From: the human T2T-CHM13v2.0 reference genome, Homo sapiens
NCBI RefSeq assembly: GCF_009914755.1
Contig: NC_060948.1
Length of the DNA: 64,000 nt
Strand: one strand, 5' to 3'
Shown: positions 22,421 to 35,251 of the stretch, piece by piece
Position numbering within the stretch: position 1 is the first letter of the stretch
How the letters are laid out: each line of letters begins with the position of its first letter
Position numbers and translations under genes: made by a program
The notes under the pieces: model-generated
The model's database searches: none
What the model was told of the DNA's origin: nothing
The model's input: the letters and a program-made list of their open reading frames with translations, nothing else

Positions 22421-25400
22421 ATCTCACAGGCATGATAATGACTGCCAAATGTGGACCTCACAAATTGAAGTAATTTTGACTTTTATAACTTGCTGTTGAA
22501 ATATGAGTGATTAAATGTATTTCTGGTAATAAAAAATGTCAAAGAAGATTTTAACAGCCTCAAGTATTTTACAATGTACTCAGCTTCTACAGAGTTTTAT
22601 GACATAACCTATCAGGAAGGTGAAGTTGTGAGTATCATATGCACTCCCAGCTGACAGTGTAAGGAATGTCACTATCTTAAACATATGAAGACAACTGTCA
22701 CTCATAAGAACAAGTAATATGTGGTATTGCAAATCTTATCCTGGGAATTTTCTTCCTGTGTTCTTGTGATTTAAATTTTTTTGAAGCACCTGTGTGATTT
22801 GACACTCTAGTCTGGTTTCAGCCCACATATGTTATTATGGTATCTACCTGGGTCAACCTCTAGGTGATGTAACTCTCCTGCCTGGGCCCTGCTGTCAGTA
22901 AAAATCATGTCAATTCACTACGTTCAAGCACCCAGGTCATGTTGCATTTTTGACTAAGCCATGCCCACAGAAATTATTGTGACATATCACTGTGTCAGCC
23001 ACTTAGGTGATGTAACTCTCCTCATTAGATTGGGCTGTGCACAGATGATGGAACTCCTTTGCTAGGACCTTGTCCTAAAGAGGACATTGTGACAAATCTC
23101 TTGGCCTGTCCCCTAGGTGATGTAAATCCCTGCTTGAGTCCTGCCCACATGGAGTATTGTGACATAAGTGTGAAACCTGTAACTATTTGTTGTAACTCTC
23201 TTAACTGGATTTTGTCCTAAGGGAGCATTGTGACATATCTCAGGAACCAGCATAAAGGTGATGTGTCTCTTCTGCCTGACTTCAACTCACATGTTAGACT
23301 GTGTTATATACCTAGGGAAGCACCTAGGTGATATGACTCTTCTGCCTCAGCCTTGCCTACTTGGGACATTGGGCCATATGTCTGAGCCTGTGTCCTAAGT
23401 GTTGTGTCTCTTTTCTTCTGCCTGAGCCCTTACAATACAATGATGTGACATATTACTAAGCCCAATACTTAGATAAAATGACTCTTTTTTTCCCTGAACC
23501 ATGCCAATGAAAATAAATTTTGAGGTATTGCAGGGTACAGCACCCAGGTGATGTCACTTTTCTACCTGGGTCCTGAAGAAAGAGATAATTATGGCACATT
23601 GCTGGTCCCCTCACTCTGATGATGTAACTTTCCTGCTTGTACCAGAGCAACTGAAAGTATTTTTATATATATTGGGCCCATCCTGTAGGTGTTTTTACTC
23701 TCTTCATTTGTTTGGGCTTGTTTTTCCACATTTGGTATCATGTCATATTGCTAGGTCCAGCCTTCCAGCTCCCAGTTAATGTAACCCTCATTTCTAAACC
23801 CTGCCTAGATAGGGTATTATGACATATTGCTGGCCACAGCACCTAAGTTGTGCTACCCTTCCACCAAGTTTTTTTCTAAAACTGAGATTATAATATTTAC
23901 ATTGCTTCAAGTCAGTGGCATGATGATCAAACATAATTGGCATTCCACCAATAGCTATGTTTTATCTTTCATCGCTACACTTAGAACAATAATTATGGTT
24001 ATGAGTTGCATATTTGTACTAAGACCACAGAAGGTTACAACGCTATCTCACATTCTATCAAACTGGGTGGTTCACAGAGTTTTATAGAGCCCAGCAAAAG
24101 ATTAAAATCATGACCCTTGATTACAAATGCAGGTGAGAGCAAGTTTTTAGCATCTCATATTTACAAAGCCCACTATAGAATTTCTGACTCTAAAAAGTGA
24201 ACAAGGTATAACGATGGAATTGTGACTTTTATATGTAGATCTTGCAGCATATGAGATGGTGACTCATTTCTGGACTCAGATCAGAGGCATAATAATGGGT
24301 TTCCTGTCTGAATCCAGCCTGAAAGAGAGCTGTTGATTATCATAACAGGGTTTATATCAATCTGTATGTTTTCAGTCAAATAAGCATGTATGCTTCAGAG
24401 CGGTTTGTACCTCTAAGGTATTTTGCATAAAGCCTTCAGATGTTGTAGAGTGTCTCATAAGATGACCTAGAACACATGTGAGATTGTGAGACTTATACAT
24501 ACCAAAGTAACAGTTAAAGCTGTCATCTAAAAGATGAAGTAATTATATCTTATCACAAAGCCTAACACCCTAGTGCTGAGACTCTTGGCTTAGATTCTTT
24601 CCCATGGGTGATTTGTGAAATACTGCTGGGTTATAATCATAAAAAGGTGACTCTTCTGCATGGATCCAGCCAAAGGGGATATTATCACATATCTCTGGGC
24701 CTATCGGCTAGGTGATGTGTCTCTCCCCTCACAGTGTCCTCTCACAGGGGACACTGTGATATTTCCCTGGATATAACATCTAGATAATGTGACTTTCCTC
24801 TCCTGCCTGGATCTCACCTAATGAAGAAACTGTGACATACCACTGAGTGCAAAACTAGGTGGTGTGACTCTCCTCTTTGTGCTGGAATCTGCCTAAGAAT
24901 AAATTATAACATATTGCTGAGCCCAGCACCTAGGGAATGGGACTACCCACTATTTTTTCAACCCTGTATACGGTTGTCAAGATGATACGTTATTTGAGAT
25001 TGTGCACAGGTGATATGACTCTTTAGACTGGATCCTGCCTAAACAGAAAATATAATGTATTTCTGACTCAGGACACAGACGATGTGACTTTTCTTTCTTG
25101 TCTCTGTCCAAAGAGGAAATTCTAACATACACCTGGATTCAGCTGATATGCACAATAATAACTCTAATGCATAGACACTGCCAAGGGGGACACTTTGACT
25201 CTCATAGCCAGTTTATAGCCATGACTAAAGTCCTAGATCTGCCCCCGTGAGAATTCAGACAAAAGTATCCTAGTCAGGTGTATCATATAAAGCTGCATGG
25301 TACAAAGAGTGTCCTAACAGGCACCAGCAACCAAGTGTTATGCACATCCAGCTGACACAGTTGTCATTTTCACACATGAACAGAGCCTATGAATGAGTTC

Positions 25401-28400
25401 CAAAATCTCACACGCATAAGCAGTCAAAGCTTGAAATTGTTACTGTCATACATGAATCTGATCCACAGACGGTTTGGTAACATTTAAACTGTGATTTTCC
25501 AGATCTGTGGTGCTTTGCCTGTCCTACTGGAACACAACCTTCAATGTGACTGGGGCTCTTACACATGTATCTTGCCATTGTTGAGATTATGACTCCTTTA
25601 CTTCGACCCAACTCAAAGGAGATGTTGACTCTCATACCCGAAGCCAGAAGTTGTGTGAGAGTGTAAAATTTATTTCTGAACATTTTTGAATGTGTGATTG
25701 TGAAGTTTGACTTTCTCCAGCATCTGAGTATTTTGACTCTCCTTTCTAGGCCCAGAGCCTATAAATTGTGACATAAGTGCACCAGCACCTAAGCAATGTA
25801 TAACAACTTTTTGGCAATGCAACTAGGGGCACTTTTACATATCACTGGTACCAGCAACCAGCTGATGTGAAATCTTGGACTAAACCCTGCCTACAAAGAG
25901 GATTATGGCTTTTATCTAGATCCATCATGTAAATGGATGTGAGTTCCTTCTACTGCCTTGGCCCTGCACTTATGGTGTATTGTGATGTATAACTAGGTAC
26001 TGCACTTAGGTGATGAGAGACTTTTTTTGAGGGGAGTTCTGCTATTAAAAAGCTATGTAACATATCACTTGACTCAGGCCCTAGGTGATGTTTCTTCTCT
26101 CCTGCCTTGGCCCTGACCACCAGAGAGATTTTGACATATTATTGAACCCAGCACCAAGGTGAGGTCACTCTCCTGCCTTGATCTTGCACAGAAGGGCCAT
26201 TGTGACATATGTCAAGGCAAATTGCCTTTGTGTGATCTGTTTTCTCTCCTGCCTAAGCCCTGCCAGGAGGGAGGATTTAAATATTTCACTTAAACCAGAA
26301 TCTAGGTGATTGACTCTTCTCCAAGAGTCCCACCCACAAAGAGAATTGTGACATTTCACAGGACATGCATCCACATGTGATTTTCCTTTCCTTTCTTCTC
26401 CCTCCCCACAGGTGATATTGTGCCATATACTTGAGAGAAGATAAAAGGCCTAATAGTGACTCTTGTACCAGGAACCAGGACACTTGCCAGATTGTGACTC
26501 TCAACCCAAGCCTGAGCCTTTCTACAGGTGTTATTGTGACATTTGCTTTTGCCAAGCTCCTGAGTGATTTACTAATCCTATTTATAGCCCAGATATGACA
26601 TTTTTACATATAACTGGGACAAAACCTTGGTGATTTGACTTTTGTCTTAATAGGATCATCCAAAGGGGTCATATCTCTGGACCTATCATCTAGGTTTTGT
26701 GACTTTCCCGACTGAACCCTGATTAAAATGAAGAGTTTAGCATTTCTATGCACTACATCCAAATGATATGACCCTTGTGCCTGGGCTGTTACAACAGGAG
26801 GCATTGTGATGTATCTCTGGACCCATCATTTAGGTGATATGACTCTCCTCTCCTGCCTGGACACAGTACACAAGGGACATTATGCGATAGAGCTGGGCAT
26901 AACACCCAAGTTCTGTGACTTCTCTGCTAGGGCCTTGGCTACAAAGAGAATATTGGAATATTTCTGGCTTAGGATTTATGCGATGTGTCATCCTGCCTGT
27001 TTAGTAACCACAGAGGGCATGGTGACATACATACCTAGGTATAGCTAGCAGGCTTGATAATGACTCTCATATGTGGACACAGCCAACAGGAGAAATTTTG
27101 ACTCTTACAACTAAGTTTAGAGACATGAGTGAAGCAAAGCATCTCTTACTGTTAACAAAGTCACATAAGATTACAACACTCACACATTCTTTATAACACC
27201 TTTATGTTGTACAGAGAGTGTCATAAAAGGGCCTAGCACAAAGAGCAAATTGTGAGTCTCATATAACCACCCAGCTGACTGTAAATACTTTCACCATCAC
27301 AGATGGATAAAGTCTACTGTTCTACATGAAAACAAGACACATGTGGTATTGTAAATCTAATCCCTAGAATTTTATTTTATCATGACTGTGATATAAAACT
27401 TTTCAGTGCACTTTTTTGATTTCACTCTTCAGACTGGTTACAGCCTACATATGGGATTTTGATATCTACCTGGACCAACGTTGAAGTTTTGTGACTGTTC
27501 TGCCTGGGTCCTGCTGTCAGTAAGAATTGTGACATCATTGGATCCAGTACTTAGGTGATGTTACATTCTTGCCTGACCCATGCCCCCAGACATCCTTTTG
27601 ACATATTATGTTGTCCATCACGGAGATTATGTAATTTTCCCCACTGGAATGGTTCCTGCACACAGGGCAAGGGAGTGACATATGCATAGATCAGGTAAAC
27701 CGGTAATGATACTTTTTTTTTGCCTAGGCCATGCACAAAAGACAAGATTATGACATATTACAGGACCTGTTATATAGGTGATATGGCTCTTCTGCTTGAA
27801 ACATGCCCACTTGAATAGTGACATATTTCTAGACCAGGAACAAATGTGATGGTATTCTTTTGCCAAGGCCATGCTTTCAGGAAGGTTATGTTACATATCT
27901 CTGGGACTATCACCTAGGTGATGTGAATTCCTTCATGGGCTTCCCACATGGAGCATTTTATCATAAGGGTGGAACCTGCTCCTAGGTGATATAACTCTCT
28001 GGTCTTGGTCCATTACTAAAGGGGACTTGTGGATATCTCAGGACCCAGGAAAGGTGATGTGCCTCTTCAGCCTGGTTTTTTCCCACATATTAAATTTTGA
28101 CCTATACCTAAAGAAGAACCTAGGTGATATGGCTCACTTTTTTTTTTTAATTTTTTAATTTTCTTGCCTGAGCCCTGCCTATTAATGACATTGGGTCATA
28201 TCTTTGAGTCCACGACCTAAGTAATTTGACTCACTTCTTCTGTCTGGACTTTTACAGTGGGAGAATTGTGACATATTGAGAAGCCCTGTACTTAGGTCAT
28301 GTGACCCATCTTCTTGCTAAAGAGTGCCCAGGAATAGGACTTTTGCTCTATTTCAGGACCCAACACCCAGATAATGTTACTCTTCTGCCTAGGTCATATA

Positions 28401-31400
28401 TAAAGAGGAAATTTTGGCATATTGCTTTGCCCAGCACCCTAAGGATATGACTCTGCTCTCTATGCCAGGGCTACAGAAGGTACTTTGACATATCTTTGGC
28501 TTATTCTGTAGGTGTTTTGGCACTAATCAGTTTGCTAGGTTTCTTCCATGTGTTTTTGTGTAATATTGTAGGTTCCAGCCCTAGTTAATGTGACCTCATT
28601 TCTTAGGCCCTGCTTAGATAGGGCACTGTGATATATTGCTTGGCACAGCACCTTAATGATATTAATCTTGGGCCTAGATTTTTGCCCACAAATGGGATTA
28701 TGACATGTAACTTGCTTCAGTTCAAAGGCAGGATGATCAAGCTTATTGTGGGATTAAGCCAATAGGATATATTTTGCTTCTCACCCCTAGGTTTAAATCA
28801 ATATTTAAGGTCCTCCATTTCATGTTTGTTCAAAGATCACAGAATTTTACAACACTAACTTATATCCAGCATTTACAAAGCTTAGTTTTGAGGTTTTGAA
28901 TCGAACAAGTCAATACAACCCAAAGTTTGAATTGTGACTCTCATAAGTGAATCTGACTAAAGGTGAGATGGTGAATCATTTCTGCACCCAGCTCACAGAT
29001 CTAATAATGATTTCAACCCTGATGCCAGCCTATAGAAGACATGTTTTCTGACATACCTTGGTTAGGGCAATATGTAAGATTATGAGTCCATATAAGTATA
29101 TAGGCCTCAGAAAGTTTTCAACTCTCATGCATGTTGTATAAAGTTTTCAAATGTTGCAGAAAGTATCATACAATGGCAAGCACACTCAGGGGTTTGTGAC
29201 TGTCATATACACAACTAGAAAACAGATAATGGTGTCAAAGGTAAGATCACGAGATTATGTCATAACAGCAGATATTTTCACCTCTTGCTGAGCCTATTGG
29301 CTAGGTGACATTTCTCTCCTGCCAGTGCCTTGCTCACAGGTGACACTGTGACATATTGCTGGATTTAGCAACTAGGTAATGTGACTCTCCTCTTGTGCAT
29401 GGATCCTGTTCACTGAAGAAATTGTGACATACCACTGAGCACAAATTTTAGGTAACATGGCTCCCTTCTTTGTCGTGGGCTCTGCCAAAAGAGGGACTTA
29501 TTACATATTATTGAGCTCAGCATGCTTGTGGTGTAATTCTTTTTTTTTTTCTTTGAACATGTTTACATTGGGCATGGTGACATATTACCTGAGGCTGTAC
29601 TCAGGTGATGTCGGTGTGGGGGTCTTCTTCCTGGTTTTTCTACCCACATGTTAGATTGTGACATATAACTAGAAAAGTACATAGGTGATATGACTCTTCT
29701 TTTCTACCTGAGCCCTGCATAAAGGAGACTGTGGACAGTGGGTTATATCTCTGAGCCCAAGACCTGAGTGAAGTGACTCTTTTCTCCTGCCTAGTCTTTA
29801 CAATGGGATGATTGTGACATATTGCTGACCCCAGCACTCAGGTTATTAGACAAACAAAAATTTTGACGTATTGCAGGGCCCAGCATGCAGATAACATTAC
29901 TATTTTGCCTCTGTCCTGCATATATGAAGAATTATGGCATATTGCTGGGTACAGCACCCTAATAATGTGACTCTCATGCCTGTCCCAAAGCCATAGAAGA
30001 TATTTTGACATATCCTGGGCTCATTCTGTTGGCATTTTGGTTCTCACTTCTAGGTTTTTTCTTTTTTCACATATGGGATTTTGTCATATTGCAGGGTCCA
30101 AAACTCAGTTAACGTGACCCTAATTCCTATATCCTTCTTAGAGAGGACATTATGACATGATGCTTGACACAGAACTTAAGTGATGTTATCCTCCTGCCTA
30201 CTTTTTTGATCACAAATGGGACTCTGTCATATACCTTACTTCAGCTCACAGGTAGGATGGTCAAACTTATCCTGGGATTCAGCCAATAGGAGATATTTTG
30301 CCTTTCATCACTAGGCTTAGGGCAATAGATGAGGTCCTGTGTTTGTTTCATATTTGTATCAAGCTCAAAAACTTTACAACAGTAACTCATAATGAATACA
30401 CTTCTTGGGTTGTGCAGAGACTTTTATGACAGAGATCAGCAAAAGTTTAGATTGGGACTCTCCATTAGACACCCAGGTGAAAGCAAATATTGTCACCATC
30501 TCACATGTATAAAGACCACTATTACATTCCTGAGTCTGAAAGTCAATAGAGCACAAAGTCAGAATTGTGATCTTCATGTGTGGATCTGGCCACAAATGGG
30601 ATGGTGACTCATTTCTGGATCCAGCTCACAGGCAAAATAACAGGTCTAATCCCTAAACCCAGCCTAAAGAAGATATGTTGACTATTATATCTGTGTTTAG
30701 GACAATATGTAAAAATTCATACAAGCATGTAAGCCTCAGAATGGCTTGCAACTCTCATGAATACTGTATAAAGCCTTCAAAGGTTGTAGAGTGTCACACA
30801 TACAGTGTGATCTAGGAAACATGTGAGCTTGTGATTCTCCTATTCACACCCAGCTCACAGTGAATCTTGGAGTTCTGAAAGACCAGGAGTTCTGCATATT
30901 ACTAGGCCTAGTACCCAAATGTTGAGACTTTTAGGCTTAAATTCCTTCCTATAGATTAACCATGACATATCACCTGGTTAAAATCATAATAATGTGACTC
31001 TTCTGCATGGACCCTGAAAACAGGGAATATTTTTGCATATCTCTGGGCCTTTAAGCTCGGTCATTTGTCTCTCTTATTCATGCCCTGCCCCCAGAGGACA
31101 CTGTGAAATATCGTTTTACTTAATATTTAGAAAATGTGACTATCCTCTCCTGCCTGGGCCCTGCTCACCATAGAAGATGTGATATACTGCTGACTGCAAA
31201 ACCTAGGTGATGTGGGTCTCCTGCATATTGTAGACTCTTCCAAGATAAGAAATTAATACATATTGTAGAGCTGAAAAGAATTGGTGGAACCCTCTCTTTT
31301 TCTTCTTTCCTGTCCATGTGGGCTTCGTGACATACTATTTGAAGCTGTACCCAAGTAATATGACTCTTCTGAGTAGGCCCATCCAAAAAATGAGTATATA

Positions 31401-34400
31401 CTGTATCACTGGTTTGGCACCCAGATGATGTGATATGACTCTTCTGATTAGCCCCAGCCTACAGGTAAGACTATACTACATAACTGGCTCAGCACCCAGG
31501 TGATGTGACTCTCCTGGCTTTTTTCTGCTCACAGGTCAAGTTGTGACATATACCAGGTTTAAGCACACATGCACAATAATAATTCTCATACCTGGACCCA
31601 TCCAGTGGAGACAACTGACTCTCACAGCCTGTCTCATGGCCATTGGTAAAGTCCTGTGTTTTTCACTTGTATAAATTTCACGAACGATTATAACACTCAA
31701 GTATATCATATAAAGCCTTAATGATACAAAGATTGTAATAACAGAAACCAGCAACGAAGTGAGAATGTGACCCTTCAATGCACACCTAGCTGACATCATT
31801 GACATTCTCACACATGAACAGGGCCTAGGAATGAGGTAATAAATCTCACACACAAAAAGCAGTCAAAGGTTGAAATAATTACTCTCATAAATGGATCTGA
31901 TTTATGAGTGGTTTGGTAACATGAACCATGATTCAACATGCCTGTAGTGCTGTGACTCCCCTACTGGAAAATGATGTTCAAGTGGTATTGGCACTCTTAT
32001 ACATGGATCTTGCTTATTGTGGAGATTGTGACTGCTCTACTTCAACCCAACTCACAGAAAAAAATTTCATCACATTCACAAAAGAAAGACTTGTGTAAGT
32101 TGTGAAAGTTATCTCCAAATCTTTCTGAGAGTATAAAAAGGAGAGGTAACTTTGCTCAGCACATGAATAATCTGACTCTCTTTTCTAGTCCCAGACCACA
32201 GATTAAATTGTGCGATATGTGAAACAAGCACCTAAGCAATGTATAATTGCTTCCAGAGCCCCCACTGCAAAGGGCCCTTTTATGTATCACTGGGACAATC
32301 ACCCAGGTGATGTAAATTATCTGCCTGAAAACTGCCTACAAGGAGAATTGTGTCTTAAATCTACCCTGACCACAGGGAAATTGTGACACATTACTGCACC
32401 CAGCACTAATTTGAGGTCTCTCTCCAGCCTTGGTACTGAACATTAGGGTCATTGTGACATATACCTGGGCCAGTTGCCTAGGCTAAGTGAGTCTCCTCTC
32501 TTGCCAAAGTCCTGAACACATACTGGATTTTAATATGTCACTGAAAGCAGCATCCAGGTGATGTGACACTTCTGCCAGGGTCCTGCCCACAAAGTGTACT
32601 TTGACATTTTACTGGACCCACACCCACATAGTTGATGTGAAATTCTTGCCCTCTCTGGCCACAGGTGATATTGTGCCATACATTTGAGAATATAACACAA
32701 CCTAATGTTCAGGATGGTGACTCTTATTCTTAAACCTTTCAACAAGCCTAATTGTGACCTAAACCTTTGACCAGCTTCTGAGTGATTTAATAATTCTTCC
32801 TAGGTATAGTCCACAGATGAGGTTTTCACAAATACCTGAGCCAAGTATCTTGGTGATATGAATGTTCTATCTTAAAAATGTCCTTGGGGGAATTTTAACA
32901 TATTTCTGGATCTATTATCTAGATAACATTACTCTCCCTTCTGCTTTTACCCTGCTTAATTGTAGTTTTTCTAAACACTGCATCCAAATGATATTAATAC
33001 CTTGCTTGTTGGCTTTCCCAAAGGGAAGCATTGTGACTTATTTTGGAGCCCATCATTTAGGTGATATGACTCTCCTCTTCTCTCTGGACACTGCCCACAA
33101 GGGAAATTATGCCACAGAGCTGGACACAACACAGAAGTTATGTGACATTTCTAACAGGATACTTACTACAAAGAGAATACTGGAATATTTCTAGCCCAGC
33201 ATTTAGGTGATGTGGCCATTCTTCCTGCTTCATAACCACAGAGGAAATTGTAACATATATTTAGGCACAGGTCACAGGAGTGATAATGACTCTCATATGT
33301 GAACTCAGCCAATAGGGGATATTTTGACTCTTATAACTATGTTTGGAGACATGCATGACGTCCTACATCAGCTGCTTGTACAAACATCACAAAAGTTCAT
33401 AACACTCACATATATTTTGCTAAGTCTTTGGGTTATACAGACGCAGTCAAAACAGGGCTCAGCACGTAGCTGATGTGACTTTCTGCTTGGCCCTGCCCAC
33501 AGGGAGCATTGTGACATAAGTGTGGAACTTGCACAGGGAGCATTGTGACATAAGTGTGGAACTTGCACCTAGGTGATGTAACTCTCTTGACTGGGTACTT
33601 TTCTAAAGAGGGCTTGTGAATATCTCAGGACCTAGGACCAGGTGATGTGGTTCTTCAGCCTGGATTCTGCCCACATGTTAAATTGTCTAGGTATATGTAA
33701 TATACCTAAACAATAGGCATATTGTGACATATTGAGCCCAACACTTAGGTAATGTGACTTTCAACTTGTTGCTGAACAATGCCCATGAACAGACATTTTG
33801 CCATATTTTATGGCTCTGCAACCAGATAATGTTACTCTTCTGCCTAGGTCATGTATAAAGAGGGAGTTATGGCATATTATTGGCACAGCACCCTAATGAC
33901 ATGATCTCCTACCTGTGCCAGAGCCATAGAAAGTGTATTGACATATTTTTGGCCCAATCTATAGGTGTTTTTTCTTTCATCACTTTGCTTGCTTTCTTCC
34001 ACATGTGGTTGTTTCATTTACTAAGCTCCATCCCCCAGTTAATGTGACCCTCTTTACTAGCCCCTGCCTAATGAGGGCATTATTGTTCTGCACAGAACCT
34101 AAGTGATGTTAATGTTCTGCCTAGGTATTGCACACACAAAAAAATGAATTATGACACGTACCTTCCTTCAGTTCAAAGACAAAATGATCAAGCTTATAAT
34201 GGGATTCAGCCAATAGGAGACATTTTTCCTCTCATGAGTAGGTTTAGGTCAATAGGTAAGGTCTTTCATTGGATATTTATACAAAGCTCACAGAAGTTTA
34301 TAGAGCTAACTCATATCATAAATACTTCTTGTGTGGTACAGAGAGTTTCATAACATGACCCATCAAAATGTTAAGATTGTGACTCTCAACTACACATTGA

Positions 34401-35225
34401 GGTGAAAGGAAAAGTTGTGTCCATCTTATATTCACAATGCCTTTTGTTGAGGTCCTGATACTAACAAGTGAATACAGTAAAAAATTTGAGCTGTAACTTT
34501 CATAAGTGAATCTGGCCACAGGTGGGATGGTGACATTTCTAGACCCAGCTCATAGGCATAATAATAATCTCATCCCTGAAACCAGCATATAGGAGAGATG
34601 TTGACGGTCATGCCTTGGTTTAGTAAAATATGGAATATCATGATTCTATAGCAGCATATATGCCTCAGAGTGGTTTGCAACTCTCATTCATGAAGTATAA
34701 AGCCTTCAAATGTTGTAAAGGGTCATGCAGTGGCCCAGGAAACATGTGAGATTGTGACTCTCATATACACAGCCTTTGTATGTGTCTTTGAGTGTCACAC
34801 TCAAAGACAAGGAGACTTGGCATATTACTAGGCATAGTGCCCAGGTGTTAAGACATTTTGGCTTAAATTTCTTCCCATGGGTGCATTGTGACATATTGCT
34901 GGGTTAGAATCATAAAAATTTGACTCTTCTGCTTGGACCCTGCCAAAAGAGGATAGTGTTACATATCTCTGGGCCTATAAGCTTGGTGATTTTTCTCTCT
35001 TGCCTGGGCCCTGCCCCCATGAGACATTGTAAAATATCGTTTGGCTTAACATCCAGATCATGTTACCCACCTCTCCTGTCTGTTTTCTTCTCACCAAATA
35101 AATTGTAACATACCGCTGATTGCAAAATCTCGGTAATGTGACTCTCCTTTATATTCTAGACTTTGTCAAGAGGGGACTATTACATATTGCAGAGCCCAGC
35201 ACCTAGGTTGAGGTACTCTCCTCGT
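22420..35225. repeat. Diverged beta-satellite (BSR/Beta) array, block 2, same orientation as block 1
   Basis: Same monomer and same higher-order landmarks as block 1 (CAGTCAAAG at 25421 and 31860; TTCAGCCAATA-type at 23943, 28754, 30278, 34205). Confidence 0.85.
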
Positions 35226-35251
35226 ATTATCTTTTTCTATCAATAGCAGTC

